DNA of 64,000 nucleotides from Rhodospirillaceae bacterium (GCA_002713365.1 PASR01000014.1:69309-133308), one strand, 5' to 3'; shown: positions 9,998 to 20,525, counted from the first letter of the stretch. Notes: generated from the letters alone by a model not told the origin. Program-made: numbers and translations.

Positions 9998-11233
9998 ATG
10001 GATTTTGAACTATCACCAAGGACTCATGAACTCAAGGCAAAGATAGAGGCCTTTATGGATGAATACGTTTATCCTAATGAAGAATTATATGATGAACAGT
10101 TAAATAGCCAAGACAGCCGTTGGCAGTTACCAATGATTGTTCAGGATCTAAAAAAAGTTGCTCGATCTGAGGGGCTCTGGAATTTATTTTTGCCTGATTC
10201 CAAGCTAGGTGCCGGTCTAACTAATGTAGAATATGCTCCTCTATGTGAGATTATGGGTCGAGTCCATTGGGCTCCAGAGATATTTAATTGTTCTGCACCT
10301 GACACTGGTAATATGGAGGTGCTCCATATGTACGGGACACATGAACAACAAAATCAATGGCTTAGACCATTATTAGATGGGGAAATCAGGTCTGCCTTCG
10401 CAATGACTGAACCGGCTGTTGCTTCTTCTGACGCAAGTAATATTGAATGCTCAATCAGAAGGGATGGGGATGAGTATGTAATTAATGGCAGAAAGTGGTG
10501 GACTTCTGGGATGGGGGATCCACGTTGTAAAATAATGATTGTAATGGGGAAGACAGACCCTAAAGCAACAAAATACCAGCAGCAGTCTCAAGTACTTGTG
10601 CCAACAAATACCTTGGGTGTAGAGATAAAGCGTATGCTTCCAGTGATGGGTTATGATGATGCACCGCATGGTCATGGTGAGGTGTTATTCAATAATGTTA
10701 GAGTGCCTATTGAAAACATGATTTTAGGAGAAGGAAGAGGGTTTGAAATAGCTCAGGGACGACTAGGGCCAGGTCGGATACACCATTGTATGAGAGTTAT
10801 TGGTGTTGCTGAACGAGCTTTAGAACTTCTATGTTCAAGGGCAGCTGAAAGAGAAACGTGGGGGCGTTTATTAGCGGATAGAGGAATAACTCAGGAACGG
10901 ATAGCTCAATCGCGTATCGATATAGACATGTGTCGTTTATTAGTTATGAAAGCCGCTTGGAAGATGGATACGGCAGGGAATAAAGAGGCTAGACAGGAAA
11001 TAGCTATGATCAAGGTTGCTGCGCCAAAAATGGCTCTTGAGGTAATAGATAGAGCATTACAGATACATGGCGGAGGAGGTATGACTAATGATTTTCCGAT
11101 TGCTTATATGTTAGCTCATACAAGAGCTATGCGTTTATTTGATGGGCCTGACGAGGTACACCGCCAACAAATTGCCCGCCTAGAGTTACGCCGCCAGCTT
11201 GGTGGCTATCCTAAGCAACGTTCTTTGAACTGA
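9998..11233 (+). CDS. Acyl-CoA dehydrogenase, ACAD10/11- / LvaC-like
   Basis: [53 protein letters not shown]. Confidence 0.92.
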   Translation: MDFELSPRTHELKAKIEAFMDEYVYPNEELYDEQLNSQDSRWQLPMIVQDLKKVARSEGLWNLFLPDSKLGAGLTNVEYAPLCEIMGRVHWAPEIFNCSAPDTGNMEVLHMYGTHEQQNQWLRPLLDGEIRSAFAMTEPAVASSDASNIECSIRRDGDEYVINGRKWWTSGMGDPRCKIMIVMGKTDPKATKYQQQSQVLVPTNTLGVEIKRMLPVMGYDDAPHGHGEVLFNNVRVPIENMILGEGRGFEIAQGRLGPGRIHHCMRVIGVAERALELLCSRAAERETWGRLLADRGITQERIAQSRIDIDMCRLLVMKAAWKMDTAGNKEARQEIAMIKVAAPKMALEVIDRALQIHGGGGMTNDFPIAYMLAHTRAMRLFDGPDEVHRQQIARLELRRQLGGYPKQRSLN

Positions 11234-11236
11234 TTA

Positions 11237-12340
11237 TTAGCTGTAGTTTTGTTCTCCGCGTTCTGCGAGTTCCCAGGCCTTATTAGCAAGCTGGCGTGTT
11301 AGATCACGCCTTAATAGTGCTTCTGGTGAAGCCGCATTTCCTTTTAGTCCGCGGTAATAAACACCTTGTATTATTGCAGCTAGCCTAAAAAGTGAAAGTA
11401 CTAAATAGAAGGTCCAATTTTCTATTCTATCACGTTGGGTTAGCGAACAATATTTTTCAATATATTCTCTTTCCGAAGGAATACCTGCTGTCATAGTGTC
11501 AAGACCGCGCATATCGCCGAATGATTCTTTAGGCCAATGATAAGGCAGGCAATTGTAAGCTAGATCCGAAAGTGGGTGGCCTAGCGTAGAAAGCTCCCAG
11601 TCTAATACAGCCACAACTTCTGGTTTGGTGGGATGAACTATAAGGTTTTCTAAGCGGAAATCACCATGTACGATAGAGGTTTCTGTATCATCGGGCATAT
11701 TTTTTGGTAGCCATAACATTAGTTGATCCATTTCAGTCAAATCTTCAGTTTTACTGGATTGATATTGTTGAGACCAACGGGTTACTTGACGGCCCATGTA
11801 CCCTCCTGTACGGCCAAATTTTTCTAAAGCTTTTGCTAAATAATCAACTTTATGTAAATGAGCTAAGGTACGGTTCATTGATTGATAAAGCTCTGCTCTT
11901 TCTTGGGGGGTAAGATCAGGAAGAGAGGGATCATGAAATATTCGTCCCGCTTTGTGCTCCATCAAAAAAAATTCAGTGCCTATAATTGACCTATCTTCAC
12001 AAAAACCTAATGTTTTTACCACCGGTACAGAGGTATCAATTAATGTGCTGGTTATAAGATATTCCCGATCAACTGCGTGCGCTGATGGTAATAATTCTCC
12101 AGGTGGTTTCTTTCTCAGTACATAACTTTTTCCATTTTTATCATTGATTAGAAAAGTCGGATTTGACATTCCCCCTTGAAATTGGAACACTTCTATTGGT
12201 CCTTTAAAACCGTTAATTTGCTCCTCCAGCCAAGCTACTAGAGCATTCGTTTCAAAGCTATGTTGTGCGAGTACCGTAATAACTTGGTCAGTACGAGAGA
12301 AAGTTCGTTTGGCTGTGCTCACATTGACATCCGTTTTCAT
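11237..12340 (-). CDS. APH-family phosphotransferase, ACAD10/11 N-terminal / LvaA-like
   Basis: [48 protein letters not shown]. Confidence 0.92.
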   Translation of the reverse strand: MKTDVNVSTAKRTFSRTDQVITVLAQHSFETNALVAWLEEQINGFKGPIEVFQFQGGMSNPTFLINDKNGKSYVLRKKPPGELLPSAHAVDREYLITSTLIDTSVPVVKTLGFCEDRSIIGTEFFLMEHKAGRIFHDPSLPDLTPQERAELYQSMNRTLAHLHKVDYLAKALEKFGRTGGYMGRQVTRWSQQYQSSKTEDLTEMDQLMLWLPKNMPDDTETSIVHGDFRLENLIVHPTKPEVVAVLDWELSTLGHPLSDLAYNCLPYHWPKESFGDMRGLDTMTAGIPSEREYIEKYCSLTQRDRIENWTFYLVLSLFRLAAIIQGVYYRGLKGNAASPEALLRRDLTRQLANKAWELAERGEQNYS

Positions 12341-12346
12341 TTAATA

Positions 12347-12802
12347 TTAGGGATAAATTAAGCGAATTGTTTGTGCCACGACGGCAGGTTTTTCACTATT
12401 TTCAACTTCTAGGGTGCCTTCTAGCACAACGCGCACTCCATCTTGTTTTGACAATTCGGCACTGGAAATAGTTTGTCTTAATCTAACCCGTGAATCAACG
12501 GGAACCATAGCAGTAAATCTAAGTTTTTCTAAGCCGTAATTAAGTGTATAGCTATTTTTTTCAATAATAAAAAATTCATCAGATAAACCAGGAAATAGCG
12601 ATAATAGTAGAAAGCCATGTGCGATTGTTTTACCTCCAGGAACTTCAGAAGCTGCCCTTTCAGGGTTTACATGTATCCATTGATGATCACCTGTCGCATC
12701 AGCAAATTTATTTATCATTTCTTGGCTTATTTTTACCCAATTACTAACTCCTATCTCTTCACCGATATGGTCGAGTAAATCATGGGGGTGCACGAAAATC
12801 AT
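12347..12802 (-). CDS. MaoC/NodN-like dehydratase
   Basis: FADATGDHQWIHV, TIAHGFL, LNYGLEKLRF. Confidence 0.92.
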   Translation of the reverse strand: MIFVHPHDLLDHIGEEIGVSNWVKISQEMINKFADATGDHQWIHVNPERAASEVPGGKTIAHGFLLLSLFPGLSDEFFIIEKNSYTLNYGLEKLRFTAMVPVDSRVRLRQTISSAELSKQDGVRVVLEGTLEVENSEKPAVVAQTIRLIYP

Positions 12803-12916
12803 AGAAACTCCTTTTGTTATCTGGCATTTTAGTTGCTTTGCATTATAGCAAAGTAATACATTAGGTAGTAGAGCGCATTAATTCAGATGCTTTTTTTTAG
12901 AGGAGAAAATATAGCT

Positions 12917-15013
12917 ATGTCTGAAGTTATTGGTTTTGAATTACGTGGTCGACTAGCTATTATTACAATAGATAATCCTCCGGTAAACGCGCTTGGATTA
13001 GAGGTTCGACAAGGTTTGATTAGTCAGGTTGATCGCGCTTCATGGGATGAAAAGGTTGCTGCCATAGTTTTAATTGGTCTAGGGCGTACTTTTACTGCGG
13101 GAGCAGATATTCGTGAGTTTGATAAGCCAGTTCAAGAACCCCATTTATTGTCTATAATTGATCACTGGGATACGATTGAGAAACCTATAATAGCGGCTAT
13201 ACATGGCACGGCTTTGGGAGGTGGGTTGGAGTTAGCTCTAGGCTGTCATTTCCGGGTTGCAGTGCAAGCAGCAATGTTTGGCACGCCAGAAGTAAAGCTA
13301 GGTATTTTTCCTGGCGCAGCTGGTACTCAAAGATTACCTAGAGTTGCGGGTTTGGAGCATGCTCTAGAATTAATTGTTTTAGGTGAACCTATCAGCGCTA
13401 TGAAAGCTTTTCAGTATGGAATAGTTGATCAGATTATTGAAGGTGATCTACTCGATGGCGCAATATCTTTTGCGGAAAAAATATTAGAAGAAAAAATGCC
13501 AAGACGTGTTTCTAGCCAACCAAAGCAGGGCATTGGATCTCCAGATGATTTTAAAGACATCATACAGAAATACCGTGACTTAGCTTCACGTAAAATGAGG
13601 GGGCAGGACTCGCCGCATCAGGCACTTGCTAGTGTGGTTGATGGACTAGAGATGCCCTATGAGCAGGCTGTATTAAAGGACCGAGAACGTTTTCCGATCT
13701 GTAAGGATAGTGATCAATCTAAGGCGCTGCGTTATGCGTTTTTTGCAGAAAGGGAAGCCTCAAAAATTCCTGGCGTCGGAAAAAATATTAGTGCACGTGC
13801 AATAACTAATGGTGGGGTAATAGGACTGGGAACAATGGGTCAAGGTATAGTAATGTGTTTTGCTAATGCTGGTATACCTGTTCAAGTGCTAGAGAGTTCG
13901 CAGGAAGCTTTAGAGAATGGAATAAAAAATATACAGCAAAACTATCAAGGAATGGTTGATAGAGGACGTATTAGTGATCAGGAGATGGTGAACTGTCTTG
14001 ATCTAATTTCAACAAGTACAGATTATAGCACTGTTGCTGATTCCGACCTAATTATTGAAGCTGTTTTTGAAAATTTGGAACTAAAAAAAGATATATTTTC
14101 TAAACTAGATTCGGTGGTTAAAAAAGGTGCTGTATTAGCTACTAATACCTCTTATATGGATATAAATCAGATAGCCTCAGTCACGAGTAGACCTGAAGAT
14201 GTAATAGGGCTTCATTTTTTTGTTCCTGCACAAGTAATGAAAATGTTGGAGGTAGTGCGCACTAAGTATTCATCTAATGAGGCAATAGCTACTGGTATGG
14301 GGCTTGCAAAAATTTTTAAAAAAGTTGGCGGGGTAGCTGGAGTAAGCCATGGTTTTGTTGCTAATCGGAGCCGCGCACCAATGGTTAGGGAAGCAAATTT
14401 CTTAGTTGAGGAAGGTGCTAGCCCAGCACAGATTGACAAAGTGCTTAGAGATTTTGGCATGCCTATGGGAGTCCTTGCAGTAAGCGATATGTCAGGGTTA
14501 GATGTTAGTTGGAGAATGCGTAAATCTCTGGCGCATTTGCACGATGACGAAGAGAGGTATCCATACCTTGCTGACCGTTTGTGCGAAATGGGGCGGTTGG
14601 GTCGTAAAACTGGAAGTGGTTGGTATACTTATGGAGAAGGCGGTACCGTTCCCATCCCGGATCCCCAGGTGGATATAATAGCTCAGGAAGTGGCAATAGA
14701 AACAGGCATAGAACGTCGCCAAATTAGCGATTCAGAAATAGCAGATAGATGTCTGTTTGCAGCAGTAAATGAAGGAGCAAAAATTCTTGAAGAGGGCATA
14801 GCCTACAGAGCTAGTGATATTGATATTATGTGGCAATATGGTTTTGGTTTTCCTCGATGGCGTGGCGGCATAATGTATCATGCTGATAAAACTGGGTTAC
14901 CGAACGTATTGCAAAAAGTAGAGGAATTTTACTCTGTACATGGAAAATTGTGGAAACCATCAGAACTATTGAAAAATTTAGTTGCTTCGGGCAGTTCTTT
15001 TACCCAGGGTTAA
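12917..15013 (+). CDS. Bifunctional enoyl-CoA hydratase / 3-hydroxyacyl-CoA dehydrogenase, second paralog
   Basis: Same motif set as 7021..9153; start moved to ATG 12917 after AGGAGA (ORF track gives 12887). Confidence 0.92.
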   Translation: MSEVIGFELRGRLAIITIDNPPVNALGLEVRQGLISQVDRASWDEKVAAIVLIGLGRTFTAGADIREFDKPVQEPHLLSIIDHWDTIEKPIIAAIHGTALGGGLELALGCHFRVAVQAAMFGTPEVKLGIFPGAAGTQRLPRVAGLEHALELIVLGEPISAMKAFQYGIVDQIIEGDLLDGAISFAEKILEEKMPRRVSSQPKQGIGSPDDFKDIIQKYRDLASRKMRGQDSPHQALASVVDGLEMPYEQAVLKDRERFPICKDSDQSKALRYAFFAEREASKIPGVGKNISARAITNGGVIGLGTMGQGIVMCFANAGIPVQVLESSQEALENGIKNIQQNYQGMVDRGRISDQEMVNCLDLISTSTDYSTVADSDLIIEAVFENLELKKDIFSKLDSVVKKGAVLATNTSYMDINQIASVTSRPEDVIGLHFFVPAQVMKMLEVVRTKYSSNEAIATGMGLAKIFKKVGGVAGVSHGFVANRSRAPMVREANFLVEEGASPAQIDKVLRDFGMPMGVLAVSDMSGLDVSWRMRKSLAHLHDDEERYPYLADRLCEMGRLGRKTGSGWYTYGEGGTVPIPDPQVDIIAQEVAIETGIERRQISDSEIADRCLFAAVNEGAKILEEGIAYRASDIDIMWQYGFGFPRWRGGIMYHADKTGLPNVLQKVEEFYSVHGKLWKPSELLKNLVASGSSFTQG

Positions 15014-15020
15014 ATAGATA

Positions 15021-16004
15021 ATGCATAAAGTTGTTCGTTGTCATGAATATGGTAGTCCAGATGTTTTGCGGGTTGATACGGTTCCAACCCGCAAGCCAGG
15101 TCCAGGAGAAATAAGGGTTCGTTTACACGCTTGTGCCGTTAACTTTCCAGACATATTATCATGTGCAGGCACATATCAAGATAAACCAAAATTCCCTTTT
15201 AGCCCCGGTCGTGAATCTGCTGGGCAAATAATTGATTGTGCGGATGATATAACTGAATTTATTCCGGGTGATAGAGTTATGCTTTGGTGCGCATCTGACC
15301 ATGATGGCTATGCAGAAGAGGTTACTTTGCCTGCAAAATGCGCGTTTCCGATGCCAAAATCAATGAACTATGTCGAAGCCGCAGGGTTTATGTTAGTTTA
15401 TGGCACTGCATGGCATGGCCTAGTTGATTGTGGAAGGCTTAATTCAGGAGAAGTTGTGGCTGTCCACGGTGCTGCGGGAGGTGTTGGGATGGCAGCGGTA
15501 CAGGTGGCTAAAGCACTAGGTGCTAAGGTAATTGCTAGCGCAGGTAATGATGATAAACTTGATATAGTGGCTTCACAAGGCGCTGATTATCTAATTAATT
15601 ATAATAAAGATAACACACGTCAACGCATGAAAGAGATCACTAACGGTAGAGGTGTTGATATAGTTTTTGACACGGTTGGAGGAGATCTGATGAAATCTTC
15701 CATAAGCGCGATAGCATTTGAAGGCCGTATTCTTATAGTTGGTTTTACAAGTGGTGAGCATATAAAAGCGCCTACCAATATAATTTTAGTTAAATGGGCC
15801 TCGCTAATCGCTGTTCGTTTTGGACAGTTTTCTCGCAAATATGCTGATCGTACACAATCAAACCACAATAAGTTATTAAAACTATACGATGAGGGTAAGT
15901 TAAATCCATATGTCGGAAAGACATATCCTCTAAATAGAGCCGCGGATGCTCTTAAGGCATTACAGAGACGTGAAATAACTGGTAAAGTTATTTTAACTAC
16001 CTAA
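15021..16004 (+). CDS. NADPH:quinone oxidoreductase family (MDR) protein
   Basis: VNFPD...G.YQ.KP.FPFSPG.E, HGAAGGVG. Confidence 0.88.
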   Translation: MHKVVRCHEYGSPDVLRVDTVPTRKPGPGEIRVRLHACAVNFPDILSCAGTYQDKPKFPFSPGRESAGQIIDCADDITEFIPGDRVMLWCASDHDGYAEEVTLPAKCAFPMPKSMNYVEAAGFMLVYGTAWHGLVDCGRLNSGEVVAVHGAAGGVGMAAVQVAKALGAKVIASAGNDDKLDIVASQGADYLINYNKDNTRQRMKEITNGRGVDIVFDTVGGDLMKSSISAIAFEGRILIVGFTSGEHIKAPTNIILVKWASLIAVRFGQFSRKYADRTQSNHNKLLKLYDEGKLNPYVGKTYPLNRAADALKALQRREITGKVILTT

Positions 16005-16047
16005 TAATGCCTATATTATATGGCATTGCTTAAAAAAGGTCTTTATT

Positions 16048-16485
16048 TTAGAGAATTTTTTTATCAACTTTTTTTGGGGGAATGGAATAAGTGCCGGTTG
16101 CGTGGGCAATTGGTTCGGTATCTCCATCAGATAATAACGTAACTTGAAGCACTGCAAGCCGTTTTCCTAGCTTCATTATTTGGCACTCGGCTATTATATC
16201 CGATTTTTTTGGTAGACGCAGAAAATTAATATTTAAACTTGTTGTTACTGCCAGTTCTACCTGTCCAATAGCTCCCATTAAAGCGGCATACATGGAAAAA
16301 TCAGCAAGTCCCATCATGGCTGGCCCACTAATAGTGCCGCCCGGCCGTATAGAAATATCATTAAAAGGCATTCTTACGATTGCATGTCCATAACCAATAG
16401 TTTCTGCTCTAAAACCTAATTCATAGGCTTGAGGTAATTGGCTTTTAGAAAAATCATTAAAAATCTTAGGTGTAATTTTGTTCAT
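16048..16485 (-). CDS. PaaI family thioesterase
   Basis: RPGGTISGPAMMGLAD, VTTSLNINFLR, ATGTYSIPP. Confidence 0.9.
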   Translation of the reverse strand: MNKITPKIFNDFSKSQLPQAYELGFRAETIGYGHAIVRMPFNDISIRPGGTISGPAMMGLADFSMYAALMGAIGQVELAVTTSLNINFLRLPKKSDIIAECQIMKLGKRLAVLQVTLLSDGDTEPIAHATGTYSIPPKKVDKKIL

Positions 16486-16651
16486 GGCGGGTGTATTGAT
16501 TAGTTATAACTATATAATGTTTAAATTAATTAGAATACTAAGGCGACTGTCTGAATATAACTATTTACAACTTTTATTATTCATTTATCAATTAATGTAT
16601 TCGTAGAATCATAAAGAAGTAATAAATTAATTCTATGGGAGAAAAATAATT

Positions 16652-17653
16652 ATGATTAATGCAGCTGTAGTTGGACTAGGATGGTGGGGTAAGCATGTAT
16701 GCAGAGCACTAACTGCAAACAGTAAAAGTATGCGTGTTGTAAGGGGTATAGAACTTGATCCAGATCCAGTTGTTGGCTTGGCTAAGGAGATAGGTTTTCA
16801 ACTTTCAAGTGATTTTCAGGATGCACTTGATGATCCTGGAGTAGACGGAGTTATTTTAACCACTCCACATTCAACACATGAGGAACTTGTGCTGAGAGCT
16901 GCAGCTGCTGGCAAACAGGTGTTTTGTGAGAAACCTCTATCATTGACAGCAGCAAGTGCCAAAAAGATGGTTAAAGCATGTGCGGATGCTGGCTTAGTTT
17001 TGGGTTTAGGCCATGAAAGACGTTATGAACCGGCTATGGAAGAAGTTGCGCGAATTGTTAAGAACGGAGATTTAGGTACAATACTTCATGTAGAAGGACA
17101 CTATTCTCATGATAAATTTGCCCCTCTTGATTCAGATAATTGGAGAGGCTCTCTAATTCAGGCACCCGCTGCCGGATGGACAGGAATGGGTGTGCATCTA
17201 ACTGATATGTTGATTAGTATGTTAGGTCCAATTACTGAGATAAGGGCTATTTCTGCAAAACGCGTTCTTGATTTACCTAGCGGAGATGTTGTCAGTACGC
17301 AGTTTAGTTTTGCTGATAAAACTACTGGTTCTATAAACGTAGTATCAGCCACGCCTTTTTATGGACGATTTGCCGTATATGGTGAGTTGGGCTGGGTAGA
17401 TATACAAGAGATGGCTCACCCCGAAGACATTGGCCCAACACACATGACTATTTGCAATAAAGAGGGTAAACGTGAATTAAAGATTTTTGAACCAATTGAT
17501 ACAGTAACCCTTAATTTTGATGCTTGGGCAGATGCTGCAGCTGGTAATGGGACTTATCGATTTACAGATATGGAACGCATTTCTAATGTTGCCGTACTGG
17601 AGGCTCTAGCAAAATCAACTCAAACGGGCCAAGCAGAAATCGTCGACAATTAG
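16652..17653 (+). CDS. Gfo/Idh/MocA family oxidoreductase
   Basis: VGLGWWG, TPHSTH, GKQVFCEKP, GVHLTD. Confidence 0.9.
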   Translation: MINAAVVGLGWWGKHVCRALTANSKSMRVVRGIELDPDPVVGLAKEIGFQLSSDFQDALDDPGVDGVILTTPHSTHEELVLRAAAAGKQVFCEKPLSLTAASAKKMVKACADAGLVLGLGHERRYEPAMEEVARIVKNGDLGTILHVEGHYSHDKFAPLDSDNWRGSLIQAPAAGWTGMGVHLTDMLISMLGPITEIRAISAKRVLDLPSGDVVSTQFSFADKTTGSINVVSATPFYGRFAVYGELGWVDIQEMAHPEDIGPTHMTICNKEGKRELKIFEPIDTVTLNFDAWADAAAGNGTYRFTDMERISNVAVLEALAKSTQTGQAEIVDN

Positions 17654-17848
17654 AAATATCATGTTAAAGTACTTTAAAAATAATTAGGTTATAATTGAAT
17701 GAGATTGTATGACAGTATTGCATTAGCAAAGCGGATATGATCTGTCTTATTTTAACTTAAATATAAGATGGTATATTTTTATGTTTGGTTTTTAACCATA
17801 GATATTTTATGAAGAGATTATATAAATAAAGAACGCAGGAGGATTTCA

Positions 17849-19108
17849 ATGCGATACGGCAGTGCAAATTTTGGCATAACAGGTGTCGACTGGCAGCAAA
17901 GAGTTAATTTTGAACGTATGCGTACGTATCGTCTTGAGCGTGCGCGTGAAATGATGAAAAAAGCAGGTCTAGGCGCTATGCTTTGTTTGTATGACGAGAA
18001 TGTTCGTTATATTACAGGAACTTTAACACCTGGTTGGAATCGTCTGAAGCCTGGTCTTAGATACGCATTATTATGTGGAGATGGACAGCCAGTATTATTT
18101 GAGCAAGGCGATATTGGGGCACAAGTCGAAAGGCATGCTCCTTGGATACCACCAGAGAATATACGCTATTCCTATGCTTAGATTAAAGGAGCAGCTGGTC
18201 CAGCTTCAACACAACAGGTTACTAAATTCACTAATGCAGTTCTAGAAGAGATGAAACGTCATGGGGTTGCAGGAGAAAAATTAGGTGTAGATTTTATTGA
18301 TCTTAATATGATCAACCATTTTAACGAAATGGGCATTGAATGGGTTGATGGAATGTCACCAATGATGGATGCCAGAGCGGTAAAAAATGTTGATGAACAG
18401 GAATGTTCTAGGATTGTAGGCGCTATAGGTGATGCTGCTCATTGGGAGTGTATGAAGTTTCTAAAACCTGGTATCACTGAGAATCAGGTTACAGCTCATA
18501 TTATGAAATTTCTTTATGATATACCAGGTATGGAAGATGTTGAGGATGTAATTGTTTCCTCTGGACCTAATACTTGGCCAAACTGGCGAAATTTTGGTGA
18601 TAGAATAATACAACCAGGTGATATCGTCTTTATGGATTTGGCTGCCTTAACTTGGAATGGGTATAAGTCATGCTATTATAGAACTTATTGCGTTGGACGA
18701 GAGCCGACCCAAGAGATGAAAGATGTATATTCAGAGGCATTGGGCTGGTTATACGACTCTATTGAAGCGGTTAAAGCAGGTACAACCACTAGAGAAATAG
18801 CTTTGAAATGGCCATCTGCTAAAGAGATTTGGGGCTATGAAGAGGAAGATCAGGCAGCGGCTAATTTGTGGGGTCATGGGCTTGGTTTAGCTCAGTATGA
18901 TCCGCCAGTTATATCCCGTATTTGGTCTCTTGACCATCCTATTGAGATTAAACCAGGAATGGTTTTTGCTTTAGAAACTCAGCACGGTATCCCTTTTAAG
19001 TTTGGGGTCCGTATTGAGGAAATGCTGATCGTACATGAAGATGAAACTGAGATTATAACCAACTTCCCGGTTAATCAAATTACGGTTGTTGATCCTATGG
19101 CTCACTAG
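17849..19108 (+). pseudogene. M24 (Xaa-Pro peptidase / creatinase / DddP-like) hydrolase interrupted by an in-frame TAG at 18179-18181
   Basis: ORFs 17849..18181 and 18251..19108 share a frame; the gap reads IKGAAGPASTQQVTKFTNAVLEE with no further stop, so read-through gives 419 residues. Creatinase-like N-domain; pita-bread motifs MDLAA..GYKSCYYRT, GHGLG, ALET, GVRIEE. Confidence 0.8.
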
Positions 19109-19141
19109 TTGAAGGCGTACTGAATTTAATGAAAAATAAAA

Positions 19142-19169
19142 GCGGCCGGGTAATTTTTTGCCCGGCCGT
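19142..19169. terminator. GC-rich hairpin after the M24 gene (terminator or mRNA-stability element)
   Basis: CGGCCGGG...CCCGGCCG stem, with A-rich 5' flank and T-rich 3' flank. Confidence 0.6.
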
Positions 19170-19199
19170 CTTGTTATTTATTTAGGTGTATTTAAAACA

Positions 19200-20525
19200 A
19201 TGAATAAGTTTGTTGTAAACCTTTTGGATGCCGAAGCTGCTGACGCTCTGCGCTTCGGTCCCAAAACCGCAAATCAGGCCATACTTGCTCATGGTGGTTT
19301 GCCAACTCCGGGCGGTTTTTGTTTAGGAGCTGACGCTTATAATTATCAACTAGAATCACTGGGTCTCGCAGAGTCCGCTGAAAAAGCTATGAGCTTACCA
19401 TTTTTGGAATCTCGTGGATATGTTGCTGATGTTCGTATTGGTCTGTTTTCTGAACCAATTCAGCAACAAATTAGAGAAGAATTGGTAACTGCATATCAAG
19501 CGCTTGTGGATAGTTTTGGTGGTCGTATAGCTGTAAGGTCTTCATCACTTATGGAGGATACTGAAGGTTCTTCTTTTGCTGGCCAGTTTCAGACTTTTTT
19601 GGGTATTGATACTGAAGAAGATTTTCTTACTGCATTGCGAGCTTGCTGGGGAGCTCTTTGGTCTCCTCGCGCTATGCGTTATATGGATGATAAAAACATT
19701 AAGGCAACAGATACTGCTATGGCTGTACTGGTACAACCGCTCGTTGAGGCAGAAGTATCTGGTGGAGGGCTTAGCCAGACTTCAAATGGAGGTATGTCAA
19801 TAAGTGCTGCATGGGGTTTTGGTGAATCTCTCGCACAAGGAGAGGTAGTACCTGATAGATATGATCTATCATCAGAAGGTGAAATAGTTGAAGTAATAAA
19901 TGGACAGGAATTTGAGCATAGTATTCATTGCCATACACATCATGGAGGCATATCCGAAAATAATAAGAAAAATAAAGATAAGCCAAGCAATGAAGAAAAT
20001 TTATCACAAAGACAGTGCCTGACTATGAGCCAGGTAAATGAAATTGCTGCTTATATGAAAAAAGCTGAAAAAATAATTGGACAAGCAGTTGAGGTGGAAT
20101 GGGCTGCCGATGTTTCCGGTATTAAGATGTTACAGGCTCGACCACTGCATGTAAGGGAAGTGCACATTCCTGACGATATATGGAATGGTAAACCCTCTCT
20201 CCGTGGTCATCCCGGGGGCATTGGGTGGGCATCTGGCAGGGCTTGTATAGTTAGTTGTGAGTGTGAAATTTCTCGAATTAATCCTGGAGATGTTTTGATC
20301 ACGAAGGTGGCTGGGCCAGCTTTAGTAAGCGTATTGCCAAGAGTATCAGGGGTCATAGCAGAACTTGGTGGAAGTACCTCTCATCTAGCTTCATTGGGAC
20401 GAGAACGCGGCATACCTATGGTATTAGGGATCCCGGACGCTACTCAAAAGATTTCTGATGGAGTAATGGTCGCTGTTGATGGAGTTTCCGGCGAAGTTCG
20501 GTGGATGCCTTCTAATATTTCATAG
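19200..20525 (+). CDS. PEP-synthase/PPDK N-terminal ATP-grasp domain fused to a phospho-His swivel domain (no pyruvate-binding domain)
   Basis: FGPKTANQ, PTPGGF, AVRSSSLMED..SFAGQFQTFL, MAVLVQ, WGFGESL..GEVVPD, VEWA..MLQARP, GDVLIT, ELGGSTSHLASLGRERGIPMV, VDGVSGEV; ATG 19200 preferred over TTG 19158, which lies in the hairpin. Confidence 0.88.
   Translation: MNKFVVNLLDAEAADALRFGPKTANQAILAHGGLPTPGGFCLGADAYNYQLESLGLAESAEKAMSLPFLESRGYVADVRIGLFSEPIQQQIREELVTAYQALVDSFGGRIAVRSSSLMEDTEGSSFAGQFQTFLGIDTEEDFLTALRACWGALWSPRAMRYMDDKNIKATDTAMAVLVQPLVEAEVSGGGLSQTSNGGMSISAAWGFGESLAQGEVVPDRYDLSSEGEIVEVINGQEFEHSIHCHTHHGGISENNKKNKDKPSNEENLSQRQCLTMSQVNEIAAYMKKAEKIIGQAVEVEWAADVSGIKMLQARPLHVREVHIPDDIWNGKPSLRGHPGGIGWASGRACIVSCECEISRINPGDVLITKVAGPALVSVLPRVSGVIAELGGSTSHLASLGRERGIPMVLGIPDATQKISDGVMVAVDGVSGEVRWMPSNIS

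Noticed and set aside
17849-19108. Genome-wide amber recoding or pyrrolysine
   Set aside because: Many genes in the window end properly at TAG, no pylTSBCD is visible, and this is a single case one base from TGG
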